From an uncultured Armatimonadetes bacterium (lineage in GTDB: Bacteria > Armatimonadota > Hebobacteria > Hebobacterales > Hebobacteraceae): a stretch of DNA of 64,000 nt. The DNA lies in contig OY970296.1 of assembly GCA_963716175.1 (NCBI GenBank), forward strand, positions 224,001 through 288,000, in the 5' to 3' direction. The notes under the pieces were generated by a model. The model had not been told where the DNA came from. It saw only the letters and a program-made list of their open reading frames with translations, and did no database searches. How positions within the stretch are numbered: position 1 is the stretch's first letter; every line of letters begins with the position of its first letter. This document shows positions 19,848-30,350 of this stretch, one piece after another. The translations under genes and the position numbers were made by a program.

Positions 19848-20391
19848 CTGGCGTGACCTCCTGATCCGTGTGCGCCTCCCGTGCAGTCAACCGTCCTCCC
19901 GCGGACAAGGGGTGATCTCCGTCCGCGACCCAGCTCAGATGAACCCTGATGCGTCTTCGTTCGCCTCTGCACAGCCTCCTGCAGCAATGCCGCGTGACAC
20001 ACCGGCGCGACTCGCCAGTCCTCTTTGTGTGGAGGCGCCCCGCATTGCAGTGCTCATGTCCCGTTCGCCCTAGTCGAAACACGCGGGGGAGCCGGAGCGG
20101 GGCCTGGGTTACTCCCTGGTGAGAGTGATTGAGGAGGCGGGCCCTGAGGCTAGCTATGGACCCGGGGAGAGCGTGTTGGCGCAAGCTCGACATGCCACGG
20201 TGGTGCTGACGGATGGCTCGGCGGCTTGGCTGACTCCGGTGCCGAAGGGCCAACGTGGAGCACGACCGGACCATCTTGGGCGCCGTGCTGGACTGGACGG
20301 AATAAGCATAGGTTGCCCAGGGCAGAAGCCATAGCTCCCACTCTATGACAGCCACGCCCTGCACGACCGGCAGTCATCGGTGATCCCGCGC

Positions 20392-21489
20392 CTATCTCTC
20401 CCAGTAGATACGCTGTTCGAGAGCATAGGACAGGATCTCATCGAAGAGACAGAGCTGAATGTCCAGTATCTGCTCGTGGGTGACGATGGGCTCAGACTGG
20501 TCGGCAAGCAACACCCCGTGGATGCATTCGGAGGTGAAGGCCATCGCCCCACACGCGTGATGGATCGCGCTAGTCAGGTTGAAGTACCTGCCGGGCAGCT
20601 TCGTTCCGTCATCCTCTATCAGTTCGTGAATCGGGCCGTTTGGCAGATGCTCACGCACGAGTCGCGCCTTCACGCGTTCCGCCAGCTCGAGTATTCGGCG
20701 CCCGATTAGCCGCGGTACCGATCCTGTCTGGACCAGGAACGGAGGATCCTCATTGGAGTGCAGAGAGACGACGACGTCCGGCGCTTCGGCGCGGGCGATG
20801 TCAAGAATGGCTCGCGTTTCCGCGGCCAAGCTGCCAAAGAAGTCATCGTGCATCGGGTTGACGCCATCATCGTTGAAGTAGCACCCCAGAATGCCAACGT
20901 CCCCCTTCATGGGGTGCACGGCCTTGACCCAAGGCCAACCCCACAGCGTCCCGTCCCTGCGCGTTCCTTGGCCGTACTTCGTCATTGTGAGATGCGGCAG
21001 GCCGACGAAGCTGTCGTAGGGGCAGCGCCGGCGTCCATCCGGATTGCCGCAAGGGACGACGACGATGCGGCACTGGTCAGCCTTGGATTTGAGATCACCC
21101 CAGTCCTTCCCCCGGTGGTCCCTGCCTGTCTCCAGGATACGAATCAGGTTGACGGTGCCGACGATGTTCTCGAGTTCCTGACCATGGACCGGACCCAGGA
21201 AGAAGACGACAGTTTTGGTGTCTCTGCCCTTGTGCGCATAGTGTGCGGCGTTGCCGGCAGCGATGGCAGAGTTGTAGTTGGCCTGTGAATGAAAGTCTTC
21301 TCTGCCGCCGTAGAAGACCGCATACACCGGGAGGCCGCCGGGCGAGGTTGCGACCGTCGCGACGGTTGCCCTCCTCAAAGCCTTGACCTCTGTCTCGATA
21401 TCATCGAGCCGGGATTTCCACCAGTCGGGCAGCACTGGGTGTTTTGGTGGGTCTTCGGGGGGCACTACATGCTCGGGTTGATCGCTCAT
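20392..21489 (-). CDS. M14 family zinc carboxypeptidase-like protein
   Basis: VHGQE, NPDG, ET.A, SLH, late catalytic E; GGAGGTGA RBS. Confidence 0.8.
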   Translation of the reverse strand: MSDQPEHVVPPEDPPKHPVLPDWWKSRLDDIETEVKALRRATVATVATSPGGLPVYAVFYGGREDFHSQANYNSAIAAGNAAHYAHKGRDTKTVVFFLGPVHGQELENIVGTVNLIRILETGRDHRGKDWGDLKSKADQCRIVVVPCGNPDGRRRCPYDSFVGLPHLTMTKYGQGTRRDGTLWGWPWVKAVHPMKGDVGILGCYFNDDGVNPMHDDFFGSLAAETRAILDIARAEAPDVVVSLHSNEDPPFLVQTGSVPRLIGRRILELAERVKARLVREHLPNGPIHELIEDDGTKLPGRYFNLTSAIHHACGAMAFTSECIHGVLLADQSEPIVTHEQILDIQLCLFDEILSYALEQRIYWER

Positions 21490-21780
21490 TCGTCACCTCC
21501 ACCACGGTGATCGGAGCCGTCGTCGTCGCAGATATCAGCGCAGCAGATGAGGCCGCCAGCCCTTGTCAGAGGCCCGTGAAGCCGGCCCTGAGGACATTCC
21601 AGGGTTGTGTCTCCGGTCCTGTTACGATATCGTCCGAAGCAAGAGTGGCTCAGGCGCGTGGCGGTCATCCGATGCCTGGATCACCTGGGCCAGCTGCTGG
21701 AGAAGGACGAACGGCCCGCGTACCAGAAGACGACCGCCCGTTGCATCGTAGCCGGCGTCCCGTTCAGAGAGGAGCAGAGG

Positions 21781-22958
21781 ATGAGGCGATCACAGCAGTG
21801 GCTCTTGGCGCTGGCCCTTGCCGCGGCCATCGTGGCCTCAGGGGCAATCGCGCTGGGAGCATCACTGAAGGACGAGGTGCGGAACCCATGGACGAGAACA
21901 ACCAGCTACGTTCGCACATGGCTGGTCTGTGGTGAGTTCCCCAACACCTCCCCAAAGGGAGCGGCGCCTGGCTCCAGTCCACCGCGGGCCGCCCTGGCGA
22001 CTGACTACCTAACTGAGCACGGTGGCGAGGCCGGCATTCGGCCGGCCCCAGGGATGACTCATCGTCGTCCTGATGGCACTGCCGCCACCTGGACGCGCTA
22101 CACGTCACCACAGGATACCCTCAACTTCCTGAAGGCCTTCGCCGACCGTCCCACCACTGATGTGGTCGCCTACGCCTACACCACCATCAGTCGGGATCAG
22201 GCCGGCCCGGCCCTGCTCGCGCTTGGCAGCGACGACGGGGTGCGAGTGTGGGTGAACGGGAAGCTGGCCCACGACCACGCGGTCCGCCGCGCGGTGCGGC
22301 CGGACGAAGACATCGTGGAAGCGCGGCTGGAGGCGGGCGAGAACGCTGTGCTGGTCAAGGTGGAACAGGGCATAGGCGATTGGGGCCTGTGCCTCCGGGT
22401 GATCGAGGAGGGGAAGCGCGGCTGTTGGCGCGCCGCAGCCTTTCCCCTGCCCTGGAGCAGTCCGGCAAGGGCAGGCTCACGGTGCGCACGGACGGCACGC
22501 TGGCGCGATTCGATGAGGACCACCCTCCGGTGCGCGTGGAGGTAGTGGCGCCAGGCGGCGCGGTCGTCGCCTCGCAGACCGCGCCGCGCGGCGAGACCGT
22601 CACGTTCGACGCGAATCTCTGGCGGGACAACCCGTACGAGGTGATCTGTCAGATGACGCCGGCGGGAGGGCAGCAGCTCATCAGCTACCTGCCGTGGTAC
22701 AAGGGGAACACCCTCGCCGCAGCCCGGAAGCTGGTGGCGAGCGCGAAGCAGACCGACCAGGCAACGCCGGTCGGAATGACTCATGCCATGCTAGCCGACA
22801 TGGTCCGGGATCGGCTTGGTCCGGGTCTGTCGAGGAAGACACCCCAAGACCTGGCGACCGTCCATGGCGCGCTGATGGAGTTCGCAGAGCTGATGCAGGG
22901 GGGCGCGGGGGGTGCGGCCGCACGGGATGGTGCGCCTCGCCTACCGCGATGGGGTTGA
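21781..22958 (+). CDS. N-terminal part of a secreted multidomain esterase/peptidase, frameshifted near 22410 and 22905
   Basis: Signal peptide at 21781; jelly-roll motif GSDDGVRVWVNG...GEN.VLVKV.QG.G.WG; coding continues in ORF 22248..22958 across G-runs. Confidence 0.7.
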
Positions 22959-25029
22959 CGGCTCTCCGCAGTTCTGCCGGGCCTATCTACCGGCAGGCTA
23001 TGACCCGACCCAGCCTTGGCCGATGATCGTGAGTCTGCATGGGTACAACGCCGAGAACCCTTCCTATGTGCGCTGGTGGAGCGTGGATCAGCGCCACGAC
23101 GAATGGGCCGACCGCTTCGAGGTGATCGCGATCTACCCGATGGGGCGCTACAACACGGGTTACCGCGGCATCGGCGACGCGGATGTGGTGCGGTGCATCG
23201 AGCTGGCCAAGCAGCAGTTCTCGGTGGACGAAGATCGGGTGTACCTGACTGGTTACTCCATGGGAGGCGGCGGCACCTGGCACGTCGGGACGCGCCATCC
23301 GGACCTGTTCGCCGCCCTCGGCCCGTACTACGGCGGTTGGGACTACCACACCGGGCTCGACGAGGCCGCCATCCAACGCCTGACCCCGAGAGAGCGATTC
23401 CAGCAAGAGCGCGACAGCTCGTTCGCTCAAGCCGAGCAACTCCTGAACCTCCCCATCTGGGTGCTGCATGGGGACGCCGACCCGCTGGTCAGCCCGGACG
23501 AGTCGCGCTATGCGGTCCGGATGCTCCAGCGCTGGGGCTACGAAATCCGCTACCGGGAAGTGCCCGGCGGCATCCACGGGCCAATCGGCGGTGAGGAGGA
23601 ACTGTACCGGTGGTTTCTCGGTCACAAGCGAGAGGCCCACCCCAAGCACGTGCGCGTCCGTGCGGCTGATCTGAAAGGCGCGTCGGCCTACTGGGTCACC
23701 GTCACCCAGCAGGAGAGGCCGTTCTCTTTCATCGAGGCCGATGCGGAACTGCTCTCGCCGAGCGCGATCCGCCTCGACACTGCCAACGTGCTGGAGGCGG
23801 AACTCTCCCCCGGCGCGCTGATCGCGTCCGGCCGGCCGGTGACCATCATCTGGAATGGACAGACACGGCGAGCACCGCCGGACGAGCGCGGGGTCATCGT
23901 GCTTCGGGCGGCCGGCTACGCGCCAGGAGCGCGCAGCAAGCGGCCCTCTCTGGCTGGCCCGATGGCCGACCTGACCACCACACCATTTGCGGTCGTGCAG
24001 GGCACGGCCTCTGCCGACCCGATGATGCGCCGTCTCTGCGAGCAGCAGGCGCAGACCGTGGTGCGGGACTGGGAGGCCTGGCAGCACTGGCGGCCTCGGT
24101 TCTTCAGGGATAGAGACGTCCGAGACGAGGATATCGCGAAGTACTCGCTTCTCCTCATCGGCGGCCCGGCCGACAATCTGGTGACGCGGCGGATCAGCGA
24201 CCAGATCCCGCTGAAGATCGCGCCCAACGAGATCACCATTGACGGCCGGGGTTTCCCTGTGACCGACGCCGCGGTCCGCATGCTCTACCCGCACCCTCTG
24301 AACCCGGACCGGTACGTGCTGGTGGTCGCGGCCACCTCGCCCGCCGGGATGACGCTACCGGGAGGACCGGATGATGTGGACTTCGCCATCATAGACGGCC
24401 GTGTGCCGAACGGAGACGAAGGTCGCCCACCGGAGAAGGTGTGGCCGGCGACCGGCACCTTCGATCATAACTGGCGGCTCAACCCCGAGTTCGTGACTCT
24501 CGGCGACCCGGAGGTCCGGGCGAAGAGCCCACTACGCAGGGCTCCTCGGCTGCTGTCCGCGAAGGTGGAGGGCAAAGCCCTGATGCTGACCGAACTGCTG
24601 CCCGCGCAGGCCCAGGGCACCTTCAGTGCCATGATGCGCGACTTGAACTGGATTGGCAAGCCGATCACACTCGGGGGCAAGACCTACCAGCACGGGATCG
24701 CGGTGAACACCTCGGACGGGCCAAACGGCGCGGAGTGGGACATCGCCCGTGCCGGCTGGAAGCGCCTGCGCGGGGTGATCGGTCTGGAGGTCTGGCCTGA
24801 GCCCAGGGCGACGCAGTTGAGCCGCGAGAACACCCGAACTATCTTTGTGGTGCGAGGCGATGGTAAGGAGTTGTACCGCTCAGAGCCGTTCACATACGGT
24901 TCGGGCCCGAAGGAGCTGCACGTGGAGGTGACGGGCGTGAAGAGGCTCCGCCTCGAGGTGCTGCTAGGCGCGGCCCCGTGGGACGCGGTCGCCTCCGCGG
25001 ACTGGGCCGACCTGCGGCTGGAGCGGTGA
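22912..25029 (+). CDS. Alpha/beta hydrolase (prolyl oligopeptidase/esterase-like) with C-terminal NPCBM/NEW2-like domain
   Basis: DRVYLTGYSMGGGG nucleophile elbow, HGDAD, H; C-terminal G.PITLGGKTY..GI...V.GVK.LRL...ADWAD. Confidence 0.85.
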   Translation: MRPHGMVRLAYRDGVDGSPQFCRAYLPAGYDPTQPWPMIVSLHGYNAENPSYVRWWSVDQRHDEWADRFEVIAIYPMGRYNTGYRGIGDADVVRCIELAKQQFSVDEDRVYLTGYSMGGGGTWHVGTRHPDLFAALGPYYGGWDYHTGLDEAAIQRLTPRERFQQERDSSFAQAEQLLNLPIWVLHGDADPLVSPDESRYAVRMLQRWGYEIRYREVPGGIHGPIGGEEELYRWFLGHKREAHPKHVRVRAADLKGASAYWVTVTQQERPFSFIEADAELLSPSAIRLDTANVLEAELSPGALIASGRPVTIIWNGQTRRAPPDERGVIVLRAAGYAPGARSKRPSLAGPMADLTTTPFAVVQGTASADPMMRRLCEQQAQTVVRDWEAWQHWRPRFFRDRDVRDEDIAKYSLLLIGGPADNLVTRRISDQIPLKIAPNEITIDGRGFPVTDAAVRMLYPHPLNPDRYVLVVAATSPAGMTLPGGPDDVDFAIIDGRVPNGDEGRPPEKVWPATGTFDHNWRLNPEFVTLGDPEVRAKSPLRRAPRLLSAKVEGKALMLTELLPAQAQGTFSAMMRDLNWIGKPITLGGKTYQHGIAVNTSDGPNGAEWDIARAGWKRLRGVIGLEVWPEPRATQLSRENTRTIFVVRGDGKELYRSEPFTYGSGPKELHVEVTGVKRLRLEVLLGAAPWDAVASADWADLRLER

Positions 25030-25338
25030 GGTTCTAGCGTCGTCGCCTCACCCTCTTGATGGCTTCGGAGCTTCGGGTTCAGCCCGAAGGCCGTCCGGCT
25101 TCCCGCTCGGCTGGGAGCCCCTGTCCGGGGTGCCCGCTGCCCCGCCTGCCCACCCACTCTGCCTCTGCAGATACAGATCAGGGATGTTGATGGTGCGCCA
25201 CTCCGAGCCGAAGCCGACGCAGGCTCCGAGGGTGGTTGCGATAGCAGGGAGTTCGGTGGCGAGAGGACCACAGGACCACGGGAGCGGGTCTTGCCTCCGT
25301 CTCGGTGACGTCCGTCTGCGAAGATAGGAGATCCGGGA

Positions 25339-26232
25339 ATGACGTTCCGAGGATTCAGGGGTAGGGGCGACTATGAGGCCATCTCCAGGTTCCTGATCGG
25401 GCTCTACGAGCCGGAAAACCGGGATGGTAACTGGCTGCAGCCGATATGGGAGTACGCGCATACTCACCCATCGTTCGATGAGGCGTCGGTGGGCAAGATC
25501 GGCCTATGGGAGGATCGGGGCCGAATCGTGGGTGTCGCCGCCTACGAGCTGCGTCTAGGCGAAGCCTTCCTCAATGCCCATCGAGATTACGCGCACCTCA
25601 AGCCCGAGATGCTGACCTATGCCGAAGCGCACCTGTCGGCCCCTGGCGATGACGGCAGGCCGCGCCTGAAGGTCTACGTGAACGATTTCGACGCCGCCTT
25701 TGAGGAGACGGTGGGCGCGCGCGGCTACACTCTGGATTCCGGTTCGCACCGGCCTATGTCTCAGTTCGTCATCCCTTCACCGTTCGCGCTGGCCGCGGTG
25801 CCCTCAGGATTCCGCCTCAAGAGCCTGGCCGACGACAACGACCTGCGGAAGATGAACCGTGTCCTGCACCGAGGGTTCGACCATCCTGGCGAACCCCCCG
25901 AAGAAGGGATCGAGGGCCGCAGGAAGATGCAGTCGGGCCCGAACTACCGGAAAGACCTGGCTGTGATCGTGGAGGCGCCGAACGGCGATTTCGTGTCGTT
26001 CTGCGGCATGTGGTTCGATCCGGTGAACCGGTTCGGCTACGTGGAGCCGGTGGCGACGGACCCGGATTACCGCCGGCGCGGCCTGGGCCGGGCCGCTGTA
26101 CTCGATGGCATCCGCCGATGCGGCGAACTCGGCGCGACAGTGGCCTACGTAGGGACGGACAAGCCCTTCTACCTGTCATTCGGGTTCAGGAAGCTGTTCA
26201 CGGCCAACTGCTGGCAGAAGAAGCTTGGATGA
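25339..26232 (+). CDS. GNAT family N-acetyltransferase
   Basis: EPVATDPDYRRRGLG; FY...GF; AGGAG RBS. Confidence 0.9.
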   Translation: MTFRGFRGRGDYEAISRFLIGLYEPENRDGNWLQPIWEYAHTHPSFDEASVGKIGLWEDRGRIVGVAAYELRLGEAFLNAHRDYAHLKPEMLTYAEAHLSAPGDDGRPRLKVYVNDFDAAFEETVGARGYTLDSGSHRPMSQFVIPSPFALAAVPSGFRLKSLADDNDLRKMNRVLHRGFDHPGEPPEEGIEGRRKMQSGPNYRKDLAVIVEAPNGDFVSFCGMWFDPVNRFGYVEPVATDPDYRRRGLGRAAVLDGIRRCGELGATVAYVGTDKPFYLSFGFRKLFTANCWQKKLG

Positions 26233-26620
26233 GCCCCGTTCCCACCGATGGTAGTTGAAGGTGTGGCGCGCACGACAGGGTGGGTTCCAAGGCAGGTGAG
26301 CTTTCGATCGCATCATCCTGCCATCGGACTCCGCGCCTCATCCGCACCCCGCGGTTCCGACGCGGGGCCATCTTCCTCCCGCAATCGGGAATCGGAACCC
26401 GGTCTGAGGCCAGAGAGTGTTCGGTCCTGGCTAGGGTTTCATCCAGGAAGAGCAACACAGTGCTCACTGGTCGTTCCCATGAACGCGCATGGATGTCCTG
26501 TCGCTCGCTGGCACTCGGATCGCGCGCTGCGGTGAGGCAGCTCGTCAGACTGCAGGACTGCCTCAGTCGTGTGTCCAAGACGGACCCAATACCGCTTGCT
26601 ATGCCGCCGAGGTGCCTGAC

Positions 26621-28006
26621 ATGAACTGCGTGCTCATCATCGTGGACAGCTGGCGCAAGGACCACTGTGGCTGCTATGGCAACGAATGGATTCGAACACC
26701 GAATCTCGACGCGCTTGCCTCCCAGTCGGTGCTCTTCACCCGCGCCTATCCGGAGTCCCTGCCGACGCTGCCCGTCCGTCGAGCCCTGCACACCGGAAGG
26801 CGCACGTATCCGTTCTGGAACCATCGGTTTCAGAAAGGCGACTTCGTGGGTGCGCCGGGATGGGGCCCGATCGAAGAGGAGTTGGACACCGCTGCCGAGC
26901 TGCTTCAGGCTCAGGGCTATCGAACCGCCTTCATCACAGACACCTACCATCAGTTCAAGCCCTCGAAGAACTTCCATAGGGGATTCGACGAGTGGCGCTG
27001 GATTCGCGGGCAGGAGGACGACTGCTACCGCTCTGGCCCTCCGGTTGGTGACCAGACGGTCGCGAGACACGTACCCCCGGAGCAGCGGCACAGCGACCGC
27101 TGGGAGGAGCACCGACAGTATCTGACCAACGTAGCCGGCCGCAGTAGCGAAGAGGACTACTTCCCGGCGCAGGTCTTCCGAGCCGGGGCGGACTGGCTCG
27201 GTCGCAACACAGACGCGGAGACATTCTTCCTTGTTCTGGACTCATTCGACCCGCATGAGCCGTGGGATCCCCCGGCCGCGTACCGGAGGCTGTATGACCC
27301 GGACGACGATGTGCTGGATGTGATCTGGAGCACGTACGGGAGCGCGGACGAGTTCACGCCAAGAGAGCTCAAGCGAATGCGGGCGAACTACGCGGGGGAG
27401 TGCACGCTGGTGGACCGGTGGCTTGGGCACTTCATGGAGGTCTTGCGGTCTTCAGGACGCATCAATGACACAGTAGTCGCCCTCATCTCCGATCACGGAC
27501 ACAACCTGGGGGAGGCAAACTTGACCGGGAAGCAGGGCTACCCGCTGACGCGAGCGGTGGCCGACCTGATCATGATGATCCGACACCCAAGCGGAGAGGC
27601 AGCCGGGGCCAGGTGCGGGGCACTGTGCTATAACATCGACCTCACTGTAACCCTGTTGAATCTGCTCGCCGTGGATGTCCCCGCGCAGATGCATGGCAGT
27701 GACCTGTGGCCGAGTGTGCGTGGCGGACAGAAAGGCAGAGAGCATGTCACCGTGGCCTGGGGACCAGAGGTCACCTTCATCGATGACTGCTGGTGGTGCA
27801 ACGCCACATTCTGGGGGGCCGACCCACTGCTCTATGACCTCCGGGACGATGCGGAGCTGACGCGGAACGTCGCCGCCGACCATCCTGCGGTGGTCAAGAC
27901 CGCCATTGAGGCGTTCCGGGCAGATGCGGGCGGAGCCTTTCCTGACTGGCTCCGGGACTGGCGGCGATCACCGGGGTGTACGCCTATCATCCGACCCGCG
28001 GACTGA
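26621..28006 (+). CDS. Sulfatase-like hydrolase (alkaline phosphatase superfamily)
   Basis: IIVDS.R.DH.G.YG, TPNLD, DPHEPW, SDHG; nucleophile motif TLPVR. Confidence 0.88.
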   Translation: MNCVLIIVDSWRKDHCGCYGNEWIRTPNLDALASQSVLFTRAYPESLPTLPVRRALHTGRRTYPFWNHRFQKGDFVGAPGWGPIEEELDTAAELLQAQGYRTAFITDTYHQFKPSKNFHRGFDEWRWIRGQEDDCYRSGPPVGDQTVARHVPPEQRHSDRWEEHRQYLTNVAGRSSEEDYFPAQVFRAGADWLGRNTDAETFFLVLDSFDPHEPWDPPAAYRRLYDPDDDVLDVIWSTYGSADEFTPRELKRMRANYAGECTLVDRWLGHFMEVLRSSGRINDTVVALISDHGHNLGEANLTGKQGYPLTRAVADLIMMIRHPSGEAAGARCGALCYNIDLTVTLLNLLAVDVPAQMHGSDLWPSVRGGQKGREHVTVAWGPEVTFIDDCWWCNATFWGADPLLYDLRDDAELTRNVAADHPAVVKTAIEAFRADAGGAFPDWLRDWRRSPGCTPIIRPAD

Positions 28007-28318
28007 GCGCGTGGTGCGGCCGCCTGCGCTTGACAGGCACAACCGGGAGGGCGACGGCTACTGCTTCCGCGATGTCAGCTGGGTCCAGCGCCGGCCGCGT
28101 GTCTATGGGGCGTTCGTGGACGAGAGCAGTTGGGGGAACATGCCGCTGCTGTAGACGACGGGCGAGTGACGGGGGGCGATGGCGCTTCTCCGATGCCGAC
28201 ACGAGATGGCGGGGCGGGCCTGCCACGCCGCCGTGCGCCACGGGAGGCCGCGCTGTCGGGCCCAAGCTTCGCCAGGTTCACGATTGGGCGGGAACGCAGA
28301 CGCCAAGCGGAGGAGACG

Positions 28319-29107
28319 ATGAAGGCGGTTGCTATTCACGAGTTCTTCCGTGGAGTAGGCACGTGGATGGACTGGTCGCAGACGGTGGACGGTTTCCGCT
28401 TCGGGGACCCCGAGACCGAAGTGACCGGGATCGCCGTCGCGTGGAAGCCGTACTGGTCAGATCTGAAGCGCGCCAGGGAGCTGGGCTGCGACCTCTTTGT
28501 GGGGCACGAATCCATCTTTCGGGAAGGCCCCATGCGGCCCGGCGATGAGTCCGGCTTCGCCCAGGAGTTGGAGCAGCCCAAGCTTGCCTGGCTGCGGGAG
28601 AGCGGCCTGGTGGTCTACCGTTGTCACGACCTGTGGGACATGATGCCTGGAATCGGGGTCAGGGACAGCTGGGCTCGCGGGCTGGGGTTCGAGGGTGAGC
28701 CGTTGGCGGCAAGCGGCTTCTGTCGGATCGAGGACGTCTCGGGACATACCTTCGGGTCGCTCTCTGCGCAGATAGCCGAACGAGTCAAACCCCTGGGCCA
28801 GCACGCAGTGCTCGCGGTCGGCGACGAGCACAAACCAGTCACACGCCTTGCTCTGGGAAGCGGGGCATCCGCTCTGGCGGAGATGATCGGGCTAGGAGCT
28901 GATGTCTGGCTCGGATACAATGACTACTTCCGCCAGGTGCGGGACGGGGCTCTGCTGAGGGACATCGGTGTGCCGTACCTCATCGTGAACCACGGCGCCC
29001 TGGAGGAGTGGGGAGTCAGGAATCTGGGCGACTACCTCAGGGCTCGCTTCCCCTCCGTCCCGGTCCACTTCCTGGCGCAGGGGTGCATCTACCGCATAGT
29101 CGGCTAG
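28319..29107 (+). CDS. Nif3-like dinuclear metal centre protein
   Basis: TVD...GDP...VTGIAV, HE, YRCHD, HG..EE.G; GGAGGAG RBS. Confidence 0.85.
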   Translation: MKAVAIHEFFRGVGTWMDWSQTVDGFRFGDPETEVTGIAVAWKPYWSDLKRARELGCDLFVGHESIFREGPMRPGDESGFAQELEQPKLAWLRESGLVVYRCHDLWDMMPGIGVRDSWARGLGFEGEPLAASGFCRIEDVSGHTFGSLSAQIAERVKPLGQHAVLAVGDEHKPVTRLALGSGASALAEMIGLGADVWLGYNDYFRQVRDGALLRDIGVPYLIVNHGALEEWGVRNLGDYLRARFPSVPVHFLAQGCIYRIVG

Positions 29108-29272
29108 GGACCGAAGCCGGAGAGCGGCGCCTCAGGGACAGGTTCGAAGTCAGTCGCTCACGCGTCCAGCGTTGGCTGAAGGCACTCGCCTAGGGCGAGC
29201 TGAACTGACGGAATGAGCCAAGGAGGCCGCTCAGCAAGACGTCCCGAGAGACCGCGGAACCTGTCCGGGGGA

Positions 29273-30130
29273 TCAAGGCAACCTGGCCATGTCCAATCCA
29301 GTCCCCAGAATCCAATTCACGACATCACAATGCCGCTCAACGTGGCCTTCCACGGTGCAGTCGCCTGTCCGCTTCACGCCAGGCTTCCTCGCGGCCTCTT
29401 CCGCCTTCTCGGCCGTGGTCATCCTGATCGTCACCGTCATGGGCAGTGCGGGCTGGAACGCCCGGCACTGGCCAGCGCGCAACCTGTGAACGGCCTGGAT
29501 CACCTTCTCAGCCGTGAGCCGCCGGGCCGACATCGGGTCGGGGCCTTCGCAGGTTTCCGAGCTCACGGCGTGCTTGACGCAGGCCGTCACGATTCCCGGG
29601 AACATGCCCTCGGCCTCCCGGCAGGCGGCCTCGTCGCCCTGTGCGAGGATCACGGGGACACCCCAGTGCCCTGCAAAGCAGGCCTCGATCCCCATCTCGC
29701 CCACGCTCTGGCCATTGATGCTGAAGTCGGCCCACTCCAGCGTCCAGGTGTGAGGCAGGAAAGCTCCTGCTGTGCCCGCCATCGCGTGGTGCCCGGGCAC
29801 CAGGAAGCCATCCACTGTCCCGTCAAGTCCGGGCATCCAGCGGAGCTTCCCGTCCTGGTACCCCCGGGACCTCTGGAGGTAAGTGACCCGGGGATCCACG
29901 AGCATCTGGTCCAGGATGATGTTGCCGCCGCCATGGTGGGTGTCGCACACGATCAGCTCGTCCACTCCGGCACCAAGGGCGGCCTCAACGGCAGAGTTGA
30001 TGTCGGCAATCAGCAGACCGCGCCCTCTGTCGGCCACCTCCTTGCGCACCCCATCCTCCCAGAACCAGACCTGCTCCCGGGTGAAGATCCCGCTCACACC
30101 TTCCATATCCCAGTGCATGAACAGCTTCAT
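29273..30130 (-). CDS. M55 family metallopeptidase (DppA-like D-aminopeptidase)
   Basis: DMEG.SG, D.H....N, G.HA.AG, HT, GE, GD. Confidence 0.9.
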   Translation of the reverse strand: MKLFMHWDMEGVSGIFTREQVWFWEDGVRKEVADRGRGLLIADINSAVEAALGAGVDELIVCDTHHGGGNIILDQMLVDPRVTYLQRSRGYQDGKLRWMPGLDGTVDGFLVPGHHAMAGTAGAFLPHTWTLEWADFSINGQSVGEMGIEACFAGHWGVPVILAQGDEAACREAEGMFPGIVTACVKHAVSSETCEGPDPMSARRLTAEKVIQAVHRLRAGQCRAFQPALPMTVTIRMTTAEKAEEAARKPGVKRTGDCTVEGHVERHCDVVNWILGTGLDMARLP

Positions 30131-30350
30131 CAGCGAGGGCTCCTCTCAGGAGGCGGATCAGACGGGGCCACTTCCCTGCTACCTGCACGACCCCTGCTTA
30201 CCTGTGGGGGATTACGGGTGCTACCGCAGTGCAGGACCCCCGCCAGCCGCACTCGAAGTCTGGTGTCGATCCCCGGATGGCCGGGAGGCAGCCCGGTGCG
30301 TCTGAGGACGGCACAGCCCATATCCGGTGTTCTTCTCGGGGGGCTCAGAA

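Noticed and set aside
19848-20391. Short ORFs in long spacers (also 7520..7970, 26240..26600, 28010..28300, 50950..51590)
   Set aside because: May be gene remnants, but no recognisable family, RBS or RNA motif
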